IMG/VR virus record: IMGVR_UViG_3300009506_000005
Coordinates: 49,770-113,769 of that record
DNA: 64,000 nt
Source: a virus
Direction: 5' to 3' (one strand)
Made by a program: the position numbers and the translations under genes. Of the stretch, positions 56,558-64,000 are shown piece by piece (the stretch's first letter is position 1; the number at the start of each line of letters is the position of its first letter). The notes under the pieces are model-generated. The model saw only the letters and a list, made by a program, of their open reading frames with translations. It made no database searches and had not been told where the DNA came from.

Positions 56558-59191
56558 ATGGCACTCGCCAACATGGGGGCTGGGTTCACGCTTGTTGCGA
56601 AGGATCTGGCGTCCCCCGTGTTGGGGCGCGTGGGCAACAACTTCATGCGCATGGGCAGCCGGGTGGAGAAGACCTCGGCTGGCATGGCGGCGGGGTTCCA
56701 GGCGATGGCCGTCGGGATGGGGGCGCTCAAGATCGGGACGGGGATCACGGGTGCTGTCGGTGCGGCGGCTGAGGCCGCAGGTGGATTCCAGCAAGGGATC
56801 GCGGCGATCGGTGTCATCTCCGGGGCCACCTCAGACGAGCTCAACCAGCTGCACGACGCGGCGATCAACGCGGCGCTTGGGACGAAGTTCTCGCCGGACG
56901 AGGCGGTGGAGGGCCTGACGAACCTGGCCACGGCCGGGCAGACGGCGCAGGAGCAGATGAGCACCCTCATCCCCGTGCTCGACCTGGCCACCGGGTCGCT
57001 GGGGCAGCTCGGACTTGGCGAGGCGTCAGCGGCCGTTGTCGGTACGCTCAAGGCGTTTGGCGAGGGCGCGGACCAGGCTGCGGTCACGACGGACAAGCTC
57101 CTCAAGATCACGCAGATGACCAACTTCCAGGCGCGCGACTTTGGTGTGGGGCTTTCTCGGGCAGCTACGTCAGCGGCCCTCTACAAGCAGAGCTTGGACG
57201 ATACCCTGATCGCCATGGGTCTGTTGCGGAACATGAACATCGAGGCGAGCGTGGCGTCCACCGGGCTGCGGGAATCATTCGCGCGCCTGGCGACGGACGA
57301 ACGCACCCAGCAACTCCTGGCGAAGAAGGGGGTCAAGGTCTTTGACGAGAGGACGAAGGCCGTGCGGCCCTTCCTCGATGTGATGGGGGACCTGGCGGTG
57401 AAGCTCAAGGACGCGAAGGATGCGGAGGCGTTCCTGACGACAACCCTTGGCTTCGGGCGCCGCGGCATGGCGGCGTTCAACGCCGTGGCCAACGCTCAGA
57501 AGACGATCATGGTCAACGGCCGCGAGGTGTCCCTCAAGGGTGCCCAGGCGATCGAGGCCATGCGGTTCGAGATCGCGAAATACGATACAGATCAGCAACG
57601 CGCGGAGGCGGCAACGAAACTCAGCACGGCCACGCTCCGTGAGTGGGGGAAGACGGCGAAGGGATCCAAGGGCGCCGCACTCGAATTCAGGGAGGCCCTA
57701 CTCGACACGGCGCAGGGGCAGAAGGAGCTGCTCCAGGGGTCGATAGAGACGCTCAAGACCGTGGTAGGCGAGGGAGCTCTGCCAATCATGAAGGTGATTC
57801 GCATGGCGCTGTTCAACGTGACGAGCGCGATCACCAATCTGCTCAACGCCATGCCCCCGTCCGTCCGCACCGCGATCCTCGGCGTGTTCGGGGCCATCGG
57901 AGGCATCGTCGCATCGGCCGGGGCCTTCCTCGTGTTGAAGGGCATCTTCGTGGTGCTCGGCCTGTCGATCACTGGCCTGGCGCTTTCGTTCTTGAAGCTG
58001 GCGCTTGTCATGGCGCCGATCACACTGCTCTTCGCCGGTCTTGCCGTCTCCGCTTTCGCCGCGTTCAAGGCGATCACCAAGGGCACCGGTCTCGCCGCTG
58101 ACTCCTGGTCAAACTTCGTGGACAAGGTGAAGCTCGGCTTCACGGCCATTACCGAGCTCTGGACCAGCGGCGCACTGTCATCGGAAACTACCAAGGAGCT
58201 GGAGAAGGTCGAGAACCAGGGTCTCATGCCGATCTTGGAGAGCTTCAATCGGTTCCTGAACAGGGCAGAGGCCTTCTGGGAGGGGTTGAAGGCTGGGTTC
58301 GACGTCGGCGTGGAGGGACTGACGGAACCCATGCGGGAACTGCGCCAGGCGGTGGCCGAGCTCTTCGGAAGAGATGGCGAGACGCTCACCGGACCCATCG
58401 GCGAGTGGAAGACGGCCGGCCAGGAGGTTGGTGCAACCCTCGGCGGCCTGGGGGAGATCATGCTTCGTGTCTTCACCGGGGCGATCAAGTTGATGACAGA
58501 GCTCAAGGGGCAGATGAAGGGGGTCTCTGCGGGTGATGTGGTGAGCGGGATTTTGAAGGTGGTCTCCGTCTTCACCACGCTCTGGAACGTGATCAAGTTC
58601 ATCAAGAACGCCGTGATGACAGTGATCGATCTAGTGGTCCTGAGCACGAACATCTGGGTGGAGATGTTCGGTTCCATCGTCCAGGGGGCAATGACAGCCT
58701 TCGGCGTGATCAAGAAGCTGGCCACGCTCGATTTCAGCGGTGCCATGGAGACGGCGAAGTCAGGCTTCCGCGGAATCGTCGAGTCCTTCAAGGGAGGCGG
58801 GATCCTGTCATCCGTCGAGCGTATCTCCACGCGCTTCGGTGGCCCGGACCTCGATGCGGTGCGTGGCGGCCTGGAGGGCGTCCAGGACTTCGCCGGGCCG
58901 ACGAAGTCCTCTGAGGAGATCCTGGGTGATACGGTGGCGAAGCTAGGGCGCCTCCGCAGGGAGCGCGAGGGAGTTCTGGAGGCGGCCGCAGCTCGTGGTG
59001 GGAGTGGCATGGACCCGGAGCTCATGCTGTCTGCTCTGGAGCGCATCGACAAGGGAATCGCCACGCTCTCCAAGAAGCGCGATGAGATCAAGGTGGAGGT
59101 CGATGGCGAGACGCTGTTCAACATCATGCAACAGCGAGATCGCGAGGGCCTGGAGCGGAGTATGGGGTCCGAGGCCCTGGAGGAGGTGTGA
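56558..59191 (+). CDS. tape measure protein (TP901-type domain)
   Basis: GAT.DEL, TKFSP.EA.EGL..LA.AG; hydrophobic middle. Confidence 0.92.
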   Translation: MALANMGAGFTLVAKDLASPVLGRVGNNFMRMGSRVEKTSAGMAAGFQAMAVGMGALKIGTGITGAVGAAAEAAGGFQQGIAAIGVISGATSDELNQLHDAAINAALGTKFSPDEAVEGLTNLATAGQTAQEQMSTLIPVLDLATGSLGQLGLGEASAAVVGTLKAFGEGADQAAVTTDKLLKITQMTNFQARDFGVGLSRAATSAALYKQSLDDTLIAMGLLRNMNIEASVASTGLRESFARLATDERTQQLLAKKGVKVFDERTKAVRPFLDVMGDLAVKLKDAKDAEAFLTTTLGFGRRGMAAFNAVANAQKTIMVNGREVSLKGAQAIEAMRFEIAKYDTDQQRAEAATKLSTATLREWGKTAKGSKGAALEFREALLDTAQGQKELLQGSIETLKTVVGEGALPIMKVIRMALFNVTSAITNLLNAMPPSVRTAILGVFGAIGGIVASAGAFLVLKGIFVVLGLSITGLALSFLKLALVMAPITLLFAGLAVSAFAAFKAITKGTGLAADSWSNFVDKVKLGFTAITELWTSGALSSETTKELEKVENQGLMPILESFNRFLNRAEAFWEGLKAGFDVGVEGLTEPMRELRQAVAELFGRDGETLTGPIGEWKTAGQEVGATLGGLGEIMLRVFTGAIKLMTELKGQMKGVSAGDVVSGILKVVSVFTTLWNVIKFIKNAVMTVIDLVVLSTNIWVEMFGSIVQGAMTAFGVIKKLATLDFSGAMETAKSGFRGIVESFKGGGILSSVERISTRFGGPDLDAVRGGLEGVQDFAGPTKSSEEILGDTVAKLGRLRREREGVLEAAAARGGSGMDPELMLSALERIDKGIATLSKKRDEIKVEVDGETLFNIMQQRDREGLERSMGSEALEEV

Positions 59192-59823
59192 TGGCGGTAC
59201 AGAGACCAGATTCCCCCTCGCGCAAGCCCTCTGGCGATCGGAACCTATCGGACATCTTCGGCGCCGGGCGCCAGCTCGTCAGGGGCACGATCACCAACGA
59301 GTACAGCAACGAGACCTGGATCTTCTTCTTCAACCCGAATCAGGTGCAGGAGGAGTACGCGGCGAACTACAACACGCAGTCTCCGATGGGCATGAGCCAC
59401 GGCTACCACCAATACCAGTCGGGAAAGAACACGGGCATCGCCTTCGACATCTACTTCAACCGCATGCTGGTCATGCGCGAGCTGTCTGGCCATCCGCTTG
59501 TCGACGCGCAGGCGAGGTTCGATCTCGCTGTAGAGCTTGGCGAAGAGGGGAAGAAGTTCTTGCAGTCGCTCCTCTATCCTCCTGAGCCGGAGCCGCAGCT
59601 GTCTCCGAGTGAGGGCATCATCGGTGCGGCACCGCCAGCATGCCGCGTGGAACTCGTGAACGTGTTCTCCATGCGCCTGAGGCTGCTCACCCTGTCGTTC
59701 AACATGCAGCGGTTCGACAAGAGGAACAGGGTGATGATCTGGACTGCGAGCACGCGCTGGGAAGAGGCGCCAATCTCCAGGATCACGATGGAGGACGTCC
59801 GCAAGCTCGGGAGCTTTAGGTGA
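59191..59823 (+). CDS. tube initiator / CIS tube-like baseplate protein
   Basis: FFFNP.QV.E, APP, F; follows TMP. Confidence 0.7.
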   Translation: MAVQRPDSPSRKPSGDRNLSDIFGAGRQLVRGTITNEYSNETWIFFFNPNQVQEEYAANYNTQSPMGMSHGYHQYQSGKNTGIAFDIYFNRMLVMRELSGHPLVDAQARFDLAVELGEEGKKFLQSLLYPPEPEPQLSPSEGIIGAAPPACRVELVNVFSMRLRLLTLSFNMQRFDKRNRVMIWTASTRWEEAPISRITMEDVRKLGSFR

Positions 59824-60161
59824 TGGCACTCTATCCGTTGAGCAGATATAGGTACGTGTTCGCCGTCACTGACGATGATGGCAAGGACTACCTCGTGGAG
59901 CGCCAGGCGTTCGGGTATCGCGAGGAGCCGGACAACAGGCGTCACCTCGTGCAGGAGGGTGATACCCTCTTCAACCTAGCCGGCCGCTACTTCCGGTCCA
60001 TCGATTCCGAGCGAGCCTGCGGTCTGTGGTGGATCATCGCGGATTTCAACGGAGTGCATGACCCCACGCTCCAGATCACCCCGGGAACAGAGCTTGTCAT
60101 CCCATCGGCGCGTCTCGTGCAGACGGAGATCTTCGACTCGAACAGGCGGCGGGAGGTCTAG
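59823..60161 (+). CDS. LysM/tail-X-like baseplate protein
   Basis: SRY, HLVQEGDTL..LA, LWWIIADFN, G..L.IP. Confidence 0.8.
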   Translation: MALYPLSRYRYVFAVTDDDGKDYLVERQAFGYREEPDNRRHLVQEGDTLFNLAGRYFRSIDSERACGLWWIIADFNGVHDPTLQITPGTELVIPSARLVQTEIFDSNRRREV

Positions 60162-60164
60162 TCC

Positions 60165-61499
60165 ATGCCCTTCGCTGACGTCCGTCTCTTCGTCAAGCTG
60201 ATCCACGCGGACGAGGGAGAGAAGCTGCTCGGCTTCCTCCAGGACCGCCTGCTCTCCTTCACGTTCGATGACTCGGACAACAAGGTGGACCAGGCAGAGT
60301 TCAGGCTGCGGAACACGGACTTCAAGCTGTTCGATGAGCCAGCTTTCGTGAAGGGGCAGCGTCTCCGGATTCGATGGGGATACCCAGGAGACATGAGCGC
60401 ACCGCGCGACGTCATCATCCAGAAGATCAGCGGATCGGATCCCATCACCATCAAGGGGCGTTCTCCCGTGGTCCTGCTCGACAGGAAGCGGCGCCAGAGG
60501 TTGTGGAAGAACACCACGCACTCTGACATCGCGGTCCAGATCGCCGGCGAGTATGGCTACGAAGGTGAGCTGCTATCCGTCGAGGAGACAGACCAGATCT
60601 ATGGTGAAGTTCAGCAACGTATCTCTGACATGCGCTTTCTGGCGAAGCTCGCGAAGCGGAACGGCTTTGTCTTCTACATCGATCACCTCGGCTTTCACTG
60701 GCACAAGCGTCCTTTCGAGCTGACGCCATCTCACATCTACATCTACTCCACGGACCCGGGACAGGGGGATATCCTGTCGCTGCCGAAGGTGACTGCGAAC
60801 CTGACGAAGGGCGTGACCCGCGTGCGGTCCCTTGCGCGCGATCCGGTGACGAAGGAGTGGGTCGAGGCCTACGGGTCGTCGAAGGACACGGAGTTCGTGT
60901 CCCTGGGCAAGGAGGAGGAGGACGGGGACCCGGACAACTATGAGGGCGAGCGTCAACAGCGTGTGACCAGGCAGGTTGATAGACCCATCTTCCTCATGCC
61001 CACGGCAGAGGCGAAGCTCAGGGCGGACGCGCGCTGGCGCCTGACGGCCGAAGGCCGCTACAAGGTCGAGTTCAACGCATTGGGGCGCCCGCAGATCGGC
61101 GCGAAGCAAGTGGTCGAGGTGCTCAACATCTCCGATACGTGGAGCGGGAACTACTACCTGAACAACGTCCGCACCCAGATCCAGCCCGGGAGCTTCATCC
61201 AGACCATAAAAGGCACGAAGAACGCCCTGGACAAGGTGCCGTCCCTCCTCAAGAAGACGCTGGACCAGAACATCAACGACAGCAAGGGCGGTGGTGGCGG
61301 GCTCACGAAGCACGCTGTCTTGATGCGTGGGCCCGGGGACGAGTTCATCCTGGGTTGGGTGTGGGAGGACTCCAAGGGAAACAGGAAGGGCGATGCGAAG
61401 CCACTCACCGCAGAGGAGTTCGCGGCATTGCCAGAGCAGAAGCGCAAGACGTGGGAGCGGAACGGCGTGGTAGTACCGCGCACGGCGGGACCAGGTTGA
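60165..61499 (+). CDS. baseplate hub (late control D-like)
   Basis: WGY, SD.A..IA.EYG, SD..FL..LA.R.GF, G.P, SG.YY. Confidence 0.85.
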   Translation: MPFADVRLFVKLIHADEGEKLLGFLQDRLLSFTFDDSDNKVDQAEFRLRNTDFKLFDEPAFVKGQRLRIRWGYPGDMSAPRDVIIQKISGSDPITIKGRSPVVLLDRKRRQRLWKNTTHSDIAVQIAGEYGYEGELLSVEETDQIYGEVQQRISDMRFLAKLAKRNGFVFYIDHLGFHWHKRPFELTPSHIYIYSTDPGQGDILSLPKVTANLTKGVTRVRSLARDPVTKEWVEAYGSSKDTEFVSLGKEEEDGDPDNYEGERQQRVTRQVDRPIFLMPTAEAKLRADARWRLTAEGRYKVEFNALGRPQIGAKQVVEVLNISDTWSGNYYLNNVRTQIQPGSFIQTIKGTKNALDKVPSLLKKTLDQNINDSKGGGGGLTKHAVLMRGPGDEFILGWVWEDSKGNRKGDAKPLTAEEFAALPEQKRKTWERNGVVVPRTAGPG

Positions 61500-61500
61500 T

Positions 61501-62397
61501 ATGGGATACGACGACGACGGATACAGCCGGGATCCAGACCGCCTAGACGGCCTCTACGTGGGGACGGTGGTACGCGTGGAGAACGATCCAGACGACCCGA
61601 ACGCCGAGACTCTCCCGCGCATGGGGCGCCTCAAGTTCGTGATCCCAGGGCTGATCGAGCCAGAGAGCGTCTGGGCTCTTCCATTCGGCGCCGGTGGCTC
61701 TCCGGCATGGGGTAGGAACGTCATCCCGCCGAAGGGCGCGGATGTCTACGTGATGTTCATCAACGGGGACCCGGACCAGCCGGTGTGGGCTCCTGGATGG
61801 CATGCAGACGGCGAGGCGTTCCCCGAGTTCGTGGACCCGAGGATGCAAGTGTTCGGCTTCGGACCCTTCCGTGTCGTCCTCGACAACCGCGCCGATCCCG
61901 CCAGGGTACAGGGGACTGTGTCCGAACCGTTCTCCGGGGTTGATGGCCTGACGCTTACGGTTGCGGTGAACCTGGCGACGGCCGAGTCCGTCACGCTCCA
62001 GGACGCGGAGACCGCGGCGGAAATCGCCTCGCGGATCTCCGCGGGGATGACACGGGCCCGGGCATACGCCCTGAACGGCGCGGTGGTGGTGGAATCCAAC
62101 TTCACTGGCGCGTCAACATCCATGCAGGTGGGCGGATCGGCGGCGAGCGTGCTGGGTCTGTCCACGTCGCAGGTGCGAGGTTCCGGGGCGAGGCAGGCGA
62201 CGATCAAGACGGTGAGAGACGTGATGGGGACGGCCGAGGACCTGTGCGAGATCGTGATGGACGCGGACCTGAACGGCGTGCGTATCTTCGGCACGACGAC
62301 GGTGGCCATCGAGTCCAACGGGCTCGTGAGCATCAAAGGTGAGCAGGTACAGATCAAGGAGCGGATCGTGATGCCGAGCACGAAGCCGATCAACTGA
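61501..62397 (+). CDS. baseplate spike (gpV/gp5 OB) with inserted domain
   Basis: Y.G.VV...DP, WA.P, P..G..V.V.F..GDPD.P.W. Confidence 0.85.
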   Translation: MGYDDDGYSRDPDRLDGLYVGTVVRVENDPDDPNAETLPRMGRLKFVIPGLIEPESVWALPFGAGGSPAWGRNVIPPKGADVYVMFINGDPDQPVWAPGWHADGEAFPEFVDPRMQVFGFGPFRVVLDNRADPARVQGTVSEPFSGVDGLTLTVAVNLATAESVTLQDAETAAEIASRISAGMTRARAYALNGAVVVESNFTGASTSMQVGGSAASVLGLSTSQVRGSGARQATIKTVRDVMGTAEDLCEIVMDADLNGVRIFGTTTVAIESNGLVSIKGEQVQIKERIVMPSTKPIN

Positions 62398-62399
62398 AC

Positions 62400-63179
62400 A
62401 TGGCGTGGTCACCTACAGACGAGATTTGCCTGGAGCTCCCACCCATCCCGAGCATTGATGACATCTGCTTGCCGGGTGGCTTCTGCCTATCCCACGTCTG
62501 GAACGGGATCGATCAGATCCCGCATCTCGCCGATGTCCCGCTCCAGTTCTTCGGGCAGATCGGACCAGCTCTCGCACCGCTGGCGCCTGTCTTTGATATC
62601 ATCGATTTCGCGCTGGCCATCTTCAAGTGCGTGCAGGGCACGATCGACGCCATCACAGAGCTCAACCCGGTGAAGATCATCGAGTGCATCCCTGACCTGG
62701 CGAAGTATATCGACAAGCTTCTCGCTCTGATCCCACAGCTCTCGGTGCCGCGGATGGTGAAGAAGGCGATCGAGGCCATGGCTCTCTTGCTGCGGGCCCT
62801 GGCCTCTGATTTTGAGTACGTGAAGACCACGATCCAGCGCATCATCGACCTCATCGACAGGGCGGCGGATCTCAATGACGTGAACCTGAACTCCATCCTT
62901 GCATGTGCGCAGAAGACCGTGACTGACCAGAGCCTGTCCACGGCCGAGGCGCTCAAGGGGATCGGCCGGATCATCCTCCTGCTCAACATCTTCATCGGGC
63001 TCATCGGCGGGGAGCCCATCCCCTGCTTCGGGACCCTGATCGAGGACAACATCACCGATGGCCTGGACGTGATCATCGCGACGCTCACGGCTCTGGCCGA
63101 GGTACTGGAGACGCTGGCTGCGCTGATACCGGACCCGATACTGGAGCTCACGCTGGCGCTTGGCGCGGAGAGGTGCTAG
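62400..63179 (+). CDS. helical hydrophobic baseplate-region protein
   Basis: Ile/Leu-rich ORF between spike and gp25. Confidence 0.6.
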   Translation: MAWSPTDEICLELPPIPSIDDICLPGGFCLSHVWNGIDQIPHLADVPLQFFGQIGPALAPLAPVFDIIDFALAIFKCVQGTIDAITELNPVKIIECIPDLAKYIDKLLALIPQLSVPRMVKKAIEAMALLLRALASDFEYVKTTIQRIIDLIDRAADLNDVNLNSILACAQKTVTDQSLSTAEALKGIGRIILLLNIFIGLIGGEPIPCFGTLIEDNITDGLDVIIATLTALAEVLETLAALIPDPILELTLALGAERC

Positions 63180-63578
63180 ATGCCTGACTTCGGAAGAGGA
63201 ATCATCACCCCGTTCCAGAGAGATGGGAAGGGTGACTTCGCGAACGATACGGGAAACCGGTTGCTGCAATCGGACATCTCCGAGCTCCTCGGCATCATCG
63301 GTCCGACGAACACCGATCGCGGCGAGCTGCCCTGGCGAGACGAGGTGGGGGCCCGTTTCATCAATTTGAAGCACCGTGCCATTGATTCTCTCAGCATCCA
63401 GGGGCAGGCCCAGAGCATGTCCGCTGGACAGATCAGGCGCTTCGAGACACGCGTGCGGGTGACCGGAGCCAGGGTCGAGGTGCAAGAAACGAAACTTCGG
63501 ATCTTCGTTTCCTACCTGCCTTTGGGGTACAATACGAATCGAACCGAAGAGGCGACCATCGAAGTGCGGAGGCGATAG
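63180..63578 (+). CDS. gp25/GPW baseplate wedge protein
   Basis: GELPWR..G, I.RFE.RV. Confidence 0.85.
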   Translation: MPDFGRGIITPFQRDGKGDFANDTGNRLLQSDISELLGIIGPTNTDRGELPWRDEVGARFINLKHRAIDSLSIQGQAQSMSAGQIRRFETRVRVTGARVEVQETKLRIFVSYLPLGYNTNRTEEATIEVRRR

Positions 63579-63579
63579 C

Positions 63580-64000
63580 ATGGCACTCCTACCAACGAGC
63601 TACGACTATACAGACCGTGATTTCGATGCCTTACGCGAGCGCCTCATCGATCTCGCCACCTCGGTGTTTCCCGATTGGACGGACTTCGAGATCGCCAACT
63701 TTGGCAACATCATGATGGAGATGTTCTGCTTCGTTGGAGACGTTGTCACGTTCTATGAGGACAAGCAGGCACCCGAGGGGCGCTGGCTGTTCGTGCAGCT
63801 GCGCAAGAACGCGATCGCCCTGGCGAAGCTGATTGGCTACGAGCTGAGCGGCGCCACGGCAGCTACGGCAGACACGGTGATCAGCCTGGTCAACGGTCCG
63901 CTGCCAGGGGACGTGAACATCCCCATCTTCTCTGAGATTCGTACCGAGGAGGTGACGGACCCGATCAGGGGGCAGATCCAGGAGGCCGCCACCATCCCAG
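63580..64000 (+). CDS. baseplate J/gp6-like wedge protein (truncated by window edge)
   Basis: DYTDRDFDALR, FPDWTD, N.G, LAKLIGY. Confidence 0.85.
   Translation, partial: MALLPTSYDYTDRDFDALRERLIDLATSVFPDWTDFEIANFGNIMMEMFCFVGDVVTFYEDKQAPEGRWLFVQLRKNAIALAKLIGYELSGATAATADTVISLVNGPLPGDVNIPIFSEIRTEEVTDPIRGQIQEAATIP

Noticed and set aside
52755-64000. Stand-alone eCIS/tailocin
   Set aside because: Linked to terminase, portal, capsid and neck genes, so it is a phage tail
1-64000. DGR, retron, intein or group I/II intron
   Set aside because: No reverse transcriptase, Hint or homing endonuclease motifs recognised
1-64000. GATC/CGATCG abundance as the methylase target
   Set aside because: Could follow from ATC codon preference; cannot be quantified by eye
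1-64000. Host assignment (gene set recalls myxobacterial prophages)
   Set aside because: Recollection only; no host genes or att site in the window to support it

Overview
This 64-kb window is part of a GC-rich tailed phage or prophage genome with a contractile (myovirus-type) tail. No replication, lysis or host housekeeping genes are visible, so the genome continues beyond both edges. 1-28.7 kb is an accessory region of mostly short, translationally coupled hypothetical genes. It includes two Ea22-like genes, a YkgJ-like protein, a probable small terminase next to a 1.3-kb non-coding region with phased repeats, a DenV-like glycosylase, an initiator tRNA-Met, an amidoligase plus tandem GGCT pair, HTH regulators, an amino-methyltransferase and a tyrosine recombinase. 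28.8-64 kb is a + strand morphogenesis region: TerL, portal, MuF-like protein, scaffold, major capsid, neck, sheath, tube, chaperone, tape measure and baseplate. The standout candidate system is a 1629-aa head-module polyprotein. It strings together a Dam-type methylase, a nucleotidyltransferase, LigD-phosphoesterase-like domains and an ATP-dependent ligase, and ends in an XkdF prohead-protease domain. The protease's Glu-bearing segment appears to be encoded separately at the N-terminus of the scaffold gene, and K-A-like motifs mark the domain borders. This suggests a capsid-loaded, proteolytically released DNA protection and repair kit. Other leads are an orphan loop-deleted tail-tube paralogue, a 5-kb segment almost free of CCTG/CAGG, a recurrent AGGTAAAG leader motif and a candidate anti-SD small RNA. 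All calls come from motif recognition by eye; no searches were run.
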